The notes: a model not told the origin generated them from the sequence alone. 64,000 bases of DNA from Candidatus Cloacimonadales bacterium (GCA_963665815.1 OY762463.1:3840001-3904000); one strand, 5' to 3'; shown: positions 49,891 to 60,572, counted from the stretch's first letter. Numbers and translations: made by a program.

Positions 49891-51045
49891 TTATTTTATT
49901 AATACACTTTTTACTGTTTGAGAATATCTATCGGTTTTTAAAACAATCAAATATGTACCTGAAGAGCTTGGTCTTAAGAAATCATCTGATCCATCCCATT
50001 GAAAAACGTGTTTACCAGCCTGCTTGAAACCTTCAAAAATACTTTTAACTTTCTGTTCCCTGATATTGTGCACATTCACTTCACAATATTCACCTTCAGG
50101 GAGCTGTAATTCTATTGTTGTAGAGGGATTAAATGGATTCGGGTAGTTTCTTAGTCCGGTTTCAGGTCTCGTCAATCTTTCATTATCAATATCAAGAAAC
50201 TCAGATATATTCTGATAAAATATATCAAATGTTCCATATCTTGTAGATGCAAATGCGATTCTGGTTCCATCATCTGACCAGTCAGGATGTGAGTCATATC
50301 CATTGCTGTATATGATTTTCCTCTCTGTTCCTGTATTCAGATCTTTGAGCCAAACATCTGTAGTACCATCTCTGTCTGAGGCAAATGCAATATATCTGCC
50401 ATTCGGAGAGTACTTTCCTCTATCATCATGTGCCGGATTATCAGTAATCTGTTCTGGTGAACCGGTTCCATCAGAATTAATCATCCATAAATCAGGATTG
50501 CCTGATCTATTTGATGTGAAAACAATTTTATCTCCATTTGGTGACCAGCTCGGATGCCAGTTTTCTTCATTGTCAGCAAGTAATGTCGAAACACTTCCCG
50601 AATCGACATCAACAAGCACAATATCATCGAACCTCATGAATGCTATTTTAGATCCATCCGGTGACCATGAGGGATGAAATGCACCAACACTGTTATAATG
50701 TGTCAGCTGAGTACTGGAGCTGTCAGAGAAATCGTAAATCCAAAGATTCCCCTGAGAGTCATCCCTGGCGTCAAATACAAGTTTAGTTCCATCCGGTGAC
50801 CAGCAAAAAGCAAAGTCTCCGGGTATATCAATATCCAGTGTAATTCGGTGAGACGTATCGTCAACGCTGAGAATCTCAATCTCCTTATATTCATCATACC
50901 TTCTTGTAAAGCCTATCTGTTGATTTCCTGTACCCGGTCGCCAGCAGGGATGATAATCTTCTGATGAATCATTGTTTAATCGAACGGGACTACCTGACAG
51001 ATTAAAACATATAAGTAGCATCAAAAAGCTTAAGCAGAATCTCAT
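49891..51045 (-). CDS. secreted TolB-like PD40 beta-propeller with FlgD-Ig/T9SS-like C-terminal domain
   Basis: Repeated P.WSPDG.KI.F.S.R.G..D; C-terminal NYPNPFNP..W.G.D..SSGTY. Confidence 0.88.
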   Translation of the reverse strand: MRFCLSFLMLLICFNLSGSPVRLNNDSSEDYHPCWRPGTGNQQIGFTRRYDEYKEIEILSVDDTSHRITLDIDIPGDFAFCWSPDGTKLVFDARDDSQGNLWIYDFSDSSSTQLTHYNSVGAFHPSWSPDGSKIAFMRFDDIVLVDVDSGSVSTLLADNEENWHPSWSPNGDKIVFTSNRSGNPDLWMINSDGTGSPEQITDNPAHDDRGKYSPNGRYIAFASDRDGTTDVWLKDLNTGTERKIIYSNGYDSHPDWSDDGTRIAFASTRYGTFDIFYQNISEFLDIDNERLTRPETGLRNYPNPFNPSTTIELQLPEGEYCEVNVHNIREQKVKSIFEGFKQAGKHVFQWDGSDDFLRPSSSGTYLIVLKTDRYSQTVKSVLIK

Positions 51046-51056
51046 ATTAACTCCTT

Positions 51057-52214
51057 TTATTTCAGTAGTACACATTTCTTGTTAATACTTGTGTCAGGTG
51101 ACTTAAGGGAAATTATGTATGTTCCGGATGCAACATCTTTTCCGAATTCATCTTTCCCTTGCCAGACAAATTCATGATTTCCTTTCGAAAGATGTCCGTC
51201 ATAGATTGATTTTACTTTTTCATTCCTGATATTATAGATATCCAGATTGCAATAAGAATTTTTATCAATATTCATGTATATTTTTGTATCAGGATTAAAT
51301 GGATTTGGATAGTTTTTCAGTTCAAAAAAATGTTCTGGAGTGTTCACCTCGTTTACCGAAAGATATTCAGAAATATCAGCATAAAAAACATCCATTGTAC
51401 CGGCTCTTTCACTTGTAAATGCCAGTTTTGTTCCATCATAAGACCAGAATGCATGAGAGTCGTAACCGGGACAATCTGTAATTTGCCTCATATCATTGCC
51501 CTCAACAGACTTAATCCAGGTCTCCGGATCTCCTGTACTTTCTGATTCATAAGCAATGTATCTTCCGTCCGGCGACCATTGGGGACGATCATCATAAGCA
51601 TTGCTTGTTGTGAATCTTCTCAGGGGAAGACTTCCATCCGAGTTGATCATCCAGATATCAATATTTCCGGATCTGTTAGACGTAAATGCAATAGTACTTC
51701 CATCAGGAGACCAAGACGGATGCCAGTTATCATAACTATCATCCAGGAGTACTGCAATGCTGCCTGTTTCAATATCAAGAATTTTCAGATCCATTCTGTA
51801 CATGAAACAGATTTTGGTGCCATCAGGTGACCATGATGGTTGAAATGCTCCAACATTAGTATAGTTTGTTACTTGAAAGTATGTACTGTCAGAAAAATCA
51901 TAAATCCATAAGTTGCCCTGAAAGTCATCTCTTGAATCGAAAACAAGTTTAGTACCATCAGGAGACCAGCAGAAGGCAAAATCACCATTAACATCAATAT
52001 CCAGCATTATGTTATTGTCAGGATTGTTAATTGATGCAAGGTGGATATTTGACCTGATCTGATCGTATCGAGTATACGAAAATACTGAGTCATTTGTGTT
52101 TGGTCTGAACTGAGGGTGATACTCCAGATCAGGAGTTGAAATCAGTTTAATTGGTTCAAGTGCCCCAACAACAGAGATCAGAAAAAGAAATGCAAGAATC
52201 AGGATTTTTTTCAT
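51057..52214 (-). CDS. secreted TolB-like PD40 beta-propeller with FlgD-Ig/T9SS-like C-terminal domain (tandem paralog)
   Basis: Same repeats; shares GDFAFCWSPDGTKLVFD and QGNLWIYDFSDS with its neighbour. Confidence 0.88.
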   Translation of the reverse strand: MKKILILAFLFLISVVGALEPIKLISTPDLEYHPQFRPNTNDSVFSYTRYDQIRSNIHLASINNPDNNIMLDIDVNGDFAFCWSPDGTKLVFDSRDDFQGNLWIYDFSDSTYFQVTNYTNVGAFQPSWSPDGTKICFMYRMDLKILDIETGSIAVLLDDSYDNWHPSWSPDGSTIAFTSNRSGNIDIWMINSDGSLPLRRFTTSNAYDDRPQWSPDGRYIAYESESTGDPETWIKSVEGNDMRQITDCPGYDSHAFWSYDGTKLAFTSERAGTMDVFYADISEYLSVNEVNTPEHFFELKNYPNPFNPDTKIYMNIDKNSYCNLDIYNIRNEKVKSIYDGHLSKGNHEFVWQGKDEFGKDVASGTYIISLKSPDTSINKKCVLLK

Positions 52215-52470
52215 AAGGTGCTCCTTTGAGAATTTCATACACACAAATAATGCAGAAATGCTTACAGGTTACAAGAAAAATATACTGATAGTATACTTAA
52301 TTTAAGAGAAGTATATGATAATCCTGAATAATTCGGGAATAAAGTGCATAAAAAATATACTGATACATAAATAGATATTGACAGGAGAAGATATAGAAAG
52401 AGTTATAGAACTTTTCATAGCAGACGAATGAATGAATTAAATTTTATCAATGCAGTGAATTGGAGGTGTT

Positions 52471-53091
52471 ATGAGGAATATTAAAATAATCTTCATTATG
52501 ATTTCTGTTTTATCTATTAATGTGATACATGGAATACAAATTAGTGGAAGTGGTTTTTTTATTGGTGCTGCAAGAACAAATATTAAGGCTGAATGGGATA
52601 CATCCAGTATATATAATTTGTATAGCAGCGTATACACAGAATGTAATTTTCTACCTGGACAAATAATAAGGCTGGAGCTTGCATACACGGGAAAAGGCTG
52701 GTTTGATAAGAAGACAAGTTATTGGCATAAAAAATATAATCTGAAATATTTACAAATGCCGATTCTGATTAAACTATACTTGAATAGAGAGCCTAAACCA
52801 ACACATTATATCCTGTTTGGTCCTGCGGGAAGCTATTTGATTTCGAGTAAATACAGCATTGAAGGACCTGAAGACAATTATAATGATTTTAAGAGAAGTG
52901 GATCAATTTCGAATATGAGCGAGTTTGATGTAAGTTTAATGCTTGGTTTAGGAATTGAGCGAAAAAGATTTACAATTGAGGCTAGATATGACATAGGTTT
53001 TCAACAACTTCATGTTTACAATTTAGAAGGTAAAAAAAATAGAATCTATAATCGAGCTTTATATATTATTATGGGTCTACGAGTATTCTAG
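52471..53091 (+). CDS. outer-membrane beta-barrel protein (PorT/OMP_b-brl_2-like)
   Basis: EL.Y..KG, L.YLQMPIL.K, GP..SYL, FD.S...G.G, EARY..G, terminal Phe. Confidence 0.8.
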   Translation: MRNIKIIFIMISVLSINVIHGIQISGSGFFIGAARTNIKAEWDTSSIYNLYSSVYTECNFLPGQIIRLELAYTGKGWFDKKTSYWHKKYNLKYLQMPILIKLYLNREPKPTHYILFGPAGSYLISSKYSIEGPEDNYNDFKRSGSISNMSEFDVSLMLGLGIERKRFTIEARYDIGFQQLHVYNLEGKKNRIYNRALYIIMGLRVF

Positions 53092-53123
53092 AGTTTTAAA
53101 AATTCGAAGGAACAGGTAATTAA

Positions 53124-54092
53124 ATGAAATTTTTATGGGTTGTGTTAGTATTTTCTATCATTCTGAGTGGTTGCGGAGACAATAATCCTACCAATGTGAC
53201 AATCTCTGAAATGACTGAAGTCAAGTATTCAGATGATATATATTTGCACAGAATCAGGCATTTGTATGATAATAGATTTCTGCTGAAGAGTTTTACTTCA
53301 CCGTTCGTGAACATTGCGGAATTAAATGGAGACTCATTTGAGATAATTCAATCATTCTGTCAGAAAGGTGATGGTGAAGGTGAAATGAAAAACCTTTACC
53401 TTAGTTATTATAATGATGGAGAGCTGCATCTATTTTCCGATGTTGATAGCAAGAGGTACTTAAAGTATTATTTGGATGGTGATCTATTTGTTCTTAAAGA
53501 TCACCTCATTCAGGACAAGAGTACGAGAATGATTCGTTTTGCAGGAAAAACTATTCGTGCAGTCTATGGTGATTCAGAGACCCCATACAAGTTCCGAGTG
53601 GATGAGACTGACAGCTTGTTTTATAAAAAAAATGATTACTCCGAAAGCTTCTGGATCAATGAGATTTCGAATTCATGTTACTTGAAATCTGATAGCCTGT
53701 ACATGTATGCTTTGTTTGGTGTTACCGGCAAGCTTCTGTGTTTTGATAAGGAACTGAATCTTATTGATGAACTGGAGTTGACAGAAGAGATAGGGCTTGA
53801 CAATGAATATGGGGCTTTTATAGATACTAATGGAAAGTACGTTATAAACATGGCTTTTGACAGATTCTGTACTTTGGGTGAAGGCATTCTCATGCTCTAC
53901 AGAGGTTTAGAAAAGGAAACCAGGACAGATATATTCTTCTATGATGTAAATCGGGAAAAGCTGATTGTCAAAAAAAAGATTCCGTATTATGCTGATTTTA
54001 TTGAAAAAGCAGGGGATAAGTATTTCTTCTGCGATGGTGATAAGGCATATCAATTCTCTGTTTCTGTTGATGGAAATAATTTACAGGATTAA
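53124..54092 (+). CDS. hypothetical lipoprotein, probable 6-bladed beta-propeller
   Basis: Lipobox LSGC; KGDGEGEM resembles the G.GPGE propeller motif. Confidence 0.7.
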   Translation: MKFLWVVLVFSIILSGCGDNNPTNVTISEMTEVKYSDDIYLHRIRHLYDNRFLLKSFTSPFVNIAELNGDSFEIIQSFCQKGDGEGEMKNLYLSYYNDGELHLFSDVDSKRYLKYYLDGDLFVLKDHLIQDKSTRMIRFAGKTIRAVYGDSETPYKFRVDETDSLFYKKNDYSESFWINEISNSCYLKSDSLYMYALFGVTGKLLCFDKELNLIDELELTEEIGLDNEYGAFIDTNGKYVINMAFDRFCTLGEGILMLYRGLEKETRTDIFFYDVNREKLIVKKKIPYYADFIEKAGDKYFFCDGDKAYQFSVSVDGNNLQD

Positions 54093-54094
54093 AA

Positions 54095-54416
54095 ATGAGT
54101 TTCAAACATATGATATTTGATACTGTTGTAAACACTGTTTATTGCATTTTGCAGCTATATTTTTCCTGAAAGACACAGATAATGTTTTATAAGATCGCTG
54201 ACATCAGGGTTAGTTCATTGTGGCATGGGGATTTTGATTGTTGTTACTACCGGAACAAGTAAAGGCTTTACAGATATTATTTCTGAATATATTAGTTTGC
54301 TTAAGATAATTCCTACCATTTTCATTTTTAATTTTGTTTTAGACTGATTGGAGAAATTCAATGTGCATGCACTGTGCTCGGATATATTTTACGGAGCAAG
54401 AACTATTGTTTGGTAG
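54095..54416 (+). pseudogene. possible degraded membrane-protein gene
   Basis: One frame reads as a hydrophobic protein interrupted by three stops (YLILL*TLFIAFCSYIF..*..GMGILIVV..IIPTIFIFNFVLD*). Confidence 0.25.
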
Positions 54417-54515
54417 TATGTATGTTATTTTTGCAATTGATAATCACATATCTCTTGACACCAATCATAAATCTGTCATATTTGAAATCACAAAATAAAT
54501 AAAGAGGTACAAAAC

Positions 54516-54545
54516 ATGATCAGAACAGAAAGATTACGCAAATAG
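54516..54545 (+). CDS. putative hflX leader peptide MIRTERLRK
   Basis: GAGG RBS at 54504-54507; ATG ATC AGA ACA GAA AGA TTA CGC AAA TAG; upstream TTGACA at 54455. Confidence 0.7.
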   Translation: MIRTERLRK

Positions 54546-54635
54546 TTAAAGGCTGATCTTACAAAACAAAACTAAAATTAGGGTCAGTCTGTTCTAAATC
54601 AGATATGGCTGGTCCTGTAATATAAATAAATTTAC

Positions 54636-54660
54636 GCCCGGACTAAGTCCGGGTTTTTTT
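54636..54660 (+). terminator. attenuator terminator in the hflX 5' leader
   Basis: GCCCGGAC-TAA-GTCCGGGT followed by a T tract, ~55 nt before the hflX ATG. Confidence 0.85.
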
Positions 54661-54713
54661 ATTGTTGGATTGGATCGGTCGTTGATTTTGAACAAAGTTG
54701 AAAAGGAGGAATA

Positions 54714-55964
54714 ATGTCTGAAAAGAAGCATAATAATGATGCTGTTGTTGTAAGTGTAATGTTCAAAGGATCCGATGAAAATGTTTTTAATGAGTCACTT
54801 GAGGAAATCGTAAGACTGGCAGATACTGCCGAAATAAATGTCATAGATAAAATTGTTCAGAAGCGTTCCAGACCTGACGCTGCAACTTATGTCGGTAAAG
54901 GTATTCTGGAACAGATTAAAGAAGAATATGAGGATATCGATGTTGTTATATTCGATTGTGATCTTACTCCTTCTCAGTCCAGAAATATTGAGAAACTTAC
55001 AGGTATGATGGTCATAGACAGGACAGAGGTTATTTTAAGTATATTTAACGATCATGCCAAATCGAGAGAAGCAAGGCTTCAGGTAAGACTTGCCGAGTTA
55101 CAGTATCAGCTGCCTCGTCTGAGAAATTTGTGGAGTCACTTCCGAAAACAGCGTGTTGCTGCAAGAAGTAAAGGTTCCGGTCAGGCTGCCAGAGGTATGG
55201 GGGAAACCCAGATTGAAGTAGATCGCAGGAATCTAAGGCTTGAGATAAAACGTATTAACAAACTTCTTGAGAAGATAATGATTCAGAAGAATACTCAGGT
55301 GCAGAGACGCAGGAACTCGAAGAAAATCTGTCTTGTTGGTTATACCAATGCAGGGAAATCTACCTTATTTAATACTCTGACTTCTGCCGGAGTTTTGTCA
55401 GAGGACAAACTGTTTGCAACTCTTGATTCTACTGCGAGAGCTATTGTGATAGGTCGTGGAAACGAAATTGTGCTTTCAGATACGGTTGGCTTTATTTCAA
55501 GGCTTCCTCACCATCTCGTTGCATCTTTCAGGGCAACACTGAAGGATGTGCTGGATGCGGATCTGTTATTGCATGTGATAGACTTTTCCAGTCCATACTG
55601 TAGTCATCAGATAAAGGAAGTTGAAAGCGTTCTGAATCAGATCGGTGCAGAAGAAAAGCCTGTGCTTAAAGTGTATAATAAGATGGATGCAGTAAAATCC
55701 TATGTGATTGAGAAGGAAGCTGTGATGATTTCTGCAAAACATAGGATGAACATTGATGTTCTTCTGGAAACAGTTGACGAGATTGTGCACACCATAGGCA
55801 GATATGAACTGTTTATTCCGCATGCAGATGCAGGAAGCCTATCGGCACTGCATGAACTGGGAAATGTTATCAGTCTGGACTACGTGGAAGACGGTGTAAA
55901 AGTTGTTTCGGAGATCAACAATGAAGATTTCTATCATTTCGAGAAATTTGTAGTAGAAAAATAG
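54714..55964 (+). CDS. hflX: ribosome-splitting GTPase HflX
   Basis: VIDRT..IL.IF..HA.SREA.LQV.LA.L.Y.LPRL, RG.GE.Q.E.DRR, GYTNAGKS, LFATLD, DTVGFI, NK.D. Confidence 0.97.
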   Translation: MSEKKHNNDAVVVSVMFKGSDENVFNESLEEIVRLADTAEINVIDKIVQKRSRPDAATYVGKGILEQIKEEYEDIDVVIFDCDLTPSQSRNIEKLTGMMVIDRTEVILSIFNDHAKSREARLQVRLAELQYQLPRLRNLWSHFRKQRVAARSKGSGQAARGMGETQIEVDRRNLRLEIKRINKLLEKIMIQKNTQVQRRRNSKKICLVGYTNAGKSTLFNTLTSAGVLSEDKLFATLDSTARAIVIGRGNEIVLSDTVGFISRLPHHLVASFRATLKDVLDADLLLHVIDFSSPYCSHQIKEVESVLNQIGAEEKPVLKVYNKMDAVKSYVIEKEAVMISAKHRMNIDVLLETVDEIVHTIGRYELFIPHADAGSLSALHELGNVISLDYVEDGVKVVSEINNEDFYHFEKFVVEK

Positions 55965-55982
55965 TAATAGCAGAGTTTATAC

Positions 55983-56012
55983 AAAAAAAGGCTGCAGGCA
56001 AAACCTGCAGCC
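55983..56012. terminator. bidirectional terminator
   Basis: A run plus GGCTGCAGG-CAAAA-CCTGCAGCC between convergent genes. Confidence 0.75.
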
Positions 56013-56032
56013 AATATTTATTGAGATACCGA

Positions 56033-58972
56033 TTATTTAAGAAGAGTCATTTTATTGATCTTAGTATATTTACCGGTAGTCATTCTGTAGAAGTATACAC
56101 CTGTACCAACATCCTGACCTGCGTCAGATTTACCATTCCAGATTATCTGGTGGTCACCAGCTGATTGATGATCATTAATCAGAGTTTTCACTTTCTGACC
56201 CTTGATGTTGTAAATTGTGATATTTACTCGAGAGTCATTTTTGAGACTGTAATGGATAGATGTTTCAGGATTGAATGGGTTAGGATAGTTTCCTGTAAGC
56301 ATTGTTTTTACAGGAGCATTTTCATCATTACCATTAGCAACGATTTGAACAAGAACTGATACAGGAGCACATGGATCGGAAGTTCCGAATGAGTAAACTG
56401 CAGCAACAGTATAATCATATTCTCCACCGGCAAGACCGGTTTCTGTGAACATTGTATCTGCTTCTGACATATAGTCAACAGAAGCTATTTCGTTGTTATC
56501 TCTGTAAATTACAAAGCTTTGAAGACTGTCAGTATCTACGAAATCGTTAATGCTCCAGTAAAGATTAACAGTATCATTGTTTGTTGTATAAGTAAGGTTA
56601 AGAGGCATGTATGCGAAATGAACTCCTGCCATAACTGAAGCTGATGGAGCTGAATCTCCATCTGTATAAACTGCTATTACGTAATATGTATAGTTACCGT
56701 TCATGAGATCCATATCTGTGTATGTCATAACAGTTTCATCAGCAGTCTGATGGATTTCATTACCATCTCTGTATACTTTATACGATGTTATGTTTCTTTC
56801 ATTTACCGGTGGAGCATCCCAGGATATAGTTACATCGTTTGTATCAACAACTGTTGCAACATTTTCAGGAGCGTAAGGAACTTCAATTACAACATTAGCT
56901 GTATTAGATTCAGGTGAAGAACCGCTTGTATAAACAGCTTTTACATAATAGTTATAGCTTCCGTTTGCGAGTGTTGTATCAGTATAAGTTGTATCATTAA
57001 CACCTGCTGTTGTATGGATAATCTGATCATTTCTGTAAATCTCATATTGTGTGAGTGTTCTTTCAAGTCTTTCAGGTGTAACATCATTTACGCCATCAAA
57101 CAATCTAACTTGTGGACCTGACACTGAGAATTCAGGAGCATTGCTTCTTGTTGTTCTTGTCACTGAGTTTACAGGAGGAGTATTCCAGGCAAGGTCAACA
57201 TCATTATCGTTTACAACTGTTGCTGTGAGGTTTTGAGGAGCGTAAGCAATTTCAAGATTAACAACAACAGGAGCTGTTTGAGGTGATTCACCTGATGAAT
57301 ACTGAGCACTTACTGTATATGAGTATGAACCGTTTGCAAGGTTCATATCTGTATATGTAAGAGTGTCAGCAGTGATAAATGTGTGAATAACACTTCCGTC
57401 TCTATACACTTTGTAACCGAGAAGTGATCTTGTAGGACCTGTTAAAGGTGTCTGCCATGTAACGGTAATATCATTTCCGTTCAGTGTATGTGTAAGGTTT
57501 CTTGGTTCGTAAAGACCTTCAATGTCCATTTGAATACGGTTTGATTCAGGAGAGTCTCCGGAAGAGAAAACGGCTTTAACATAGTACATGTATGTTCCGT
57601 TGCTAAGTCCGGCATCTGTCCATGTAAGTATTGCAGGATCGTTGATCTGGTGAACCATTACATTATCTTTATAGATTTTGTAACCAAGGAGTGATCTGTC
57701 AGGATAAAGAGTCTGTTGATTTCTTCTTGCAACAGGATTAGCAATAGCTCTTGCGAACATACCTGAACCTGAGCTTACAACAGTGAATCCGGGTGATCTT
57801 ACAGGACCTGTACCCATTTGCCATGTTAAAACGATATCAGTTACATTCTGTACTGTTCCCTGAAGGTTATTCGGAGCATATGGAATTTCAACTTCAACGT
57901 TTGCAGTATTTGAAGGAACAGATTCAATAGTTCCGTAAATTGCTGTTACATGATAATCATAAATTCCTGCTGAGAGAGTGGCATCAAGATAACTTGTTGT
58001 AGCCGGATCAGTAATTTCATGAATCATGTTGTTGTCTCTGTAAATTTTGTAACCTGTAACATATGCTGAAGCAGGTGCATCCCATCCAAGTTGAACATCT
58101 ACCTGGTTGGTTACATTTGCTGTAAGGTTTGTAGGTTCAAGAGCATTTACTGAAATAGTAAAAGCAGCATCAGAAACATCTGAGTATGATGAACCGTCAA
58201 AATCCCCGGATACTCTTACGTGACAAGTTGTTGAATACTGGTCAGAAACAGTCCAGTCATAGCTTCCTGTATTCTGAATATCATCTGCAAGCAATGTCCA
58301 GTTTACCATATTATCGTAGGAAACTTCCACATCAACAACAGGTAATGCCGGAGCATTCCATGTAATTTGCTGCATGTCGCCTGCGTAAAGTGTTTCACCG
58401 CCATTAGGAGCGGAAACAGTAACCGGAGTACCAATAATTTCGTTAATATCCCCGGTGAATGAGTTTGTTGGAATAGGTGTTCCATCCCAGTAAAGTATCT
58501 GGTTTTGTACACCGGATTGATCCCAGTGGAGATCAATATTGTCATCTGAACCGGTAACATTAAAAACAAGTGTTCCGATGTCAATAAATGTGGTGTCAAG
58601 AACATAAGCCATAGCTTCAAAGCTCTGATTAAAAAGTACATTAAATCCACACTTAATTGATGACATCTCAACAGGAAGTCCTGTATAAGAAGGTGTAATA
58701 CCGAATGGATCAAAAGAAAGTAGTGGGTCATCGAATGATGAGCTGTTAATGTCAAAGTCCAAAACATTATTGTTATATAAAACTCTTAAGTTAAAGTGTC
58801 CGATAGCAGCATTGCCATCATGGTTTCTGACTTTAAGTTTAACAGTATAAGTACTGTTTACTGCATCATAGCCGAGACCGGTACTCGTGTTGTCCATTAA
58901 GAAATCAATATCAGCCCAGGCTAAACTGAGGCTGACCAAAATAACTGCCAGTAAAATAAAGGTTTTTCTCAT
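56033..58972 (-). CDS. secreted protein: cohesin-like N-terminus, ~6 fibronectin-III repeats, FlgD-Ig/T9SS-like C-terminal domain
   Basis: Signal peptide; repeats P.NL....V.L.W..P...Y..YRD....Y.D..L..G.Y.Y.V.A.Y..G.S; C-terminal NYPNPFNPETSI..GVYFYRM. Confidence 0.88.
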   Translation of the reverse strand: MRKTFILLAVILVSLSLAWADIDFLMDNTSTGLGYDAVNSTYTVKLKVRNHDGNAAIGHFNLRVLYNNNVLDFDINSSSFDDPLLSFDPFGITPSYTGLPVEMSSIKCGFNVLFNQSFEAMAYVLDTTFIDIGTLVFNVTGSDDNIDLHWDQSGVQNQILYWDGTPIPTNSFTGDINEIIGTPVTVSAPNGGETLYAGDMQQITWNAPALPVVDVEVSYDNMVNWTLLADDIQNTGSYDWTVSDQYSTTCHVRVSGDFDGSSYSDVSDAAFTISVNALEPTNLTANVTNQVDVQLGWDAPASAYVTGYKIYRDNNMIHEITDPATTSYLDATLSAGIYDYHVTAIYGTIESVPSNTANVEVEIPYAPNNLQGTVQNVTDIVLTWQMGTGPVRSPGFTVVSSGSGMFARAIANPVARRNQQTLYPDRSLLGYKIYKDNVMVHQINDPAILTWTDAGLSNGTYMYYVKAVFSSGDSPESNRIQMDIEGLYEPRNLTHTLNGNDITVTWQTPLTGPTRSLLGYKVYRDGSVIHTFITADTLTYTDMNLANGSYSYTVSAQYSSGESPQTAPVVVNLEIAYAPQNLTATVVNDNDVDLAWNTPPVNSVTRTTRSNAPEFSVSGPQVRLFDGVNDVTPERLERTLTQYEIYRNDQIIHTTAGVNDTTYTDTTLANGSYNYYVKAVYTSGSSPESNTANVVIEVPYAPENVATVVDTNDVTISWDAPPVNERNITSYKVYRDGNEIHQTADETVMTYTDMDLMNGNYTYYVIAVYTDGDSAPSASVMAGVHFAYMPLNLTYTTNNDTVNLYWSINDFVDTDSLQSFVIYRDNNEIASVDYMSEADTMFTETGLAGGEYDYTVAAVYSFGTSDPCAPVSVLVQIVANGNDENAPVKTMLTGNYPNPFNPETSIHYSLKNDSRVNITIYNIKGQKVKTLINDHQSAGDHQIIWNGKSDAGQDVGTGVYFYRMTTGKYTKINKMTLLK

Positions 58973-59186
58973 CTTTACTCCTTTTCATGTATATTATAGT
59001 ATTAAATATCGAATTTTTACTACAAAATTAAACAATTCTAATATTAGGATTACATGTAGAAATCTGTCAACTTTTGTTTATCATTCAACCATATTTTTTT
59101 TAATATAAATATTATTATATCGAAACGGATTGATAATATCTACTTTTTTAATTGCCAGAAAAACTAATTTCCAGCGAGTTGATACA

Positions 59187-60569
59187 ATGAAAAGAAATAA
59201 TCACGTTTTATCAGATTCTAATATTCCAGGTTTGTTATTCAGACAGTCTCTACCTGCAATAATTGGCATGTTTGTTCAAGGAACTTATAACTTTGTTGAC
59301 GGTGCTTTTGTCGGTCGCGGTATCGGTGAAATGGGGATTGCAGGCGTAACAGTTGTCCTACCAATTTCAATATTTATTCTGGCTGTTGGTTCCATGCTTG
59401 GAATTGGAGGGGCATCTCTGATTTCCCGATCAATTGGCGCAGGTAATTTTAGAAAAGCAGAGGATACTGTTGGAACAGTCTTTTTATTCGTAGTATTGTT
59501 TGGTGCTGTCTTTACTTCCATGGGGTTGATTTTCCTCGAACCATTGTTAAGATTATTCGGTGCAGATAATGAGTTACTTCCATTTGCTGTAGAGTACGGA
59601 CGAGTAATAATTGCAGGATCAGGATTCTTTGCTTTTGCAGTATCTTCAAACAACCTTATCAGATCCGAAGGTCATGCAAAAGTGGCAATGGGAACGATGT
59701 TTGTATCTGCATTTGTAAATATCATTCTCGATGCGGTATTTATCTTTGTTTTCAAATGGGGTATGATGGGCGTAGCACTGGCAACAGTTATTGCTCAGAC
59801 TTCCATGGCAATATATACATTTTGTTTTCTTCTGAGCGGAAAAAGCTCTGTAAAACTGCACTGGTCAAATATCAGAATAAAACCTGATATAATCAAATCT
59901 GTTTTTTCAGTTGGAATATCAGCGTTCTTCAGACAGTTTTCATCGATGATCATGATTGTATTCCTCAACCGAATTATTGTGAAGTATGGCTCAAACAGTT
60001 CTATCGCAATTATTGGTGCTGTTAACAGAATCATTATGATGATCCTGATGCCGATCTTCGGGCTTGCACAGGGATTACAACCTGTAGCCGGATTCAATTA
60101 TGGAGCAAAACGTTTGAAGCTTGTTAAACAGTCGTTAAAATATGCTTCTATCTGGGCTGTTTCCATAACTACTGTCGGATATATTATCATAAATACGCTA
60201 CCACGACAGTTGATTTCAATATTCTCTACTGACGCAGATATGATAAATGAGGCATCAGCCGTGCTGAGAATTGTTTGTCTTGTTATGCCTCTTGTCGGAT
60301 TTCAGGTAATTGGAGCCGCATTCTTTCAGGCAATTGGAAAAGCACTTCCGGCGTTTTTCCTCAATATTTCTCGTCAGATAGTCTTTTTTATTCCTATTGT
60401 AACAATTCTATCAGGGATGTTTGGACTTGACGGAGTCTGGTATTCTGCACCTGTTTCAGATGCACTGGCATTTGTTGTGACCTTAGTGTTCATTTTTGTG
60501 CAAATTAGAAAATTTAACTCAGCAATAAGTAAAAAACTTGCAGTTAATTCCAATATTGTAAAAGATTAG
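59187..60569 (+). CDS. MATE family efflux transporter (MepA-like)
   Basis: PAIIGM....YN.VD, NIILD..FI..GM.G.ALAT, QP..GFNYGA, FQAIGK, RQ..F.IP. Confidence 0.93.
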   Translation: MKRNNHVLSDSNIPGLLFRQSLPAIIGMFVQGTYNFVDGAFVGRGIGEMGIAGVTVVLPISIFILAVGSMLGIGGASLISRSIGAGNFRKAEDTVGTVFLFVVLFGAVFTSMGLIFLEPLLRLFGADNELLPFAVEYGRVIIAGSGFFAFAVSSNNLIRSEGHAKVAMGTMFVSAFVNIILDAVFIFVFKWGMMGVALATVIAQTSMAIYTFCFLLSGKSSVKLHWSNIRIKPDIIKSVFSVGISAFFRQFSSMIMIVFLNRIIVKYGSNSSIAIIGAVNRIIMMILMPIFGLAQGLQPVAGFNYGAKRLKLVKQSLKYASIWAVSITTVGYIIINTLPRQLISIFSTDADMINEASAVLRIVCLVMPLVGFQVIGAAFFQAIGKALPAFFLNISRQIVFFIPIVTILSGMFGLDGVWYSAPVSDALAFVVTLVFIFVQIRKFNSAISKKLAVNSNIVKD

Positions 60570-60572
60570 TCT

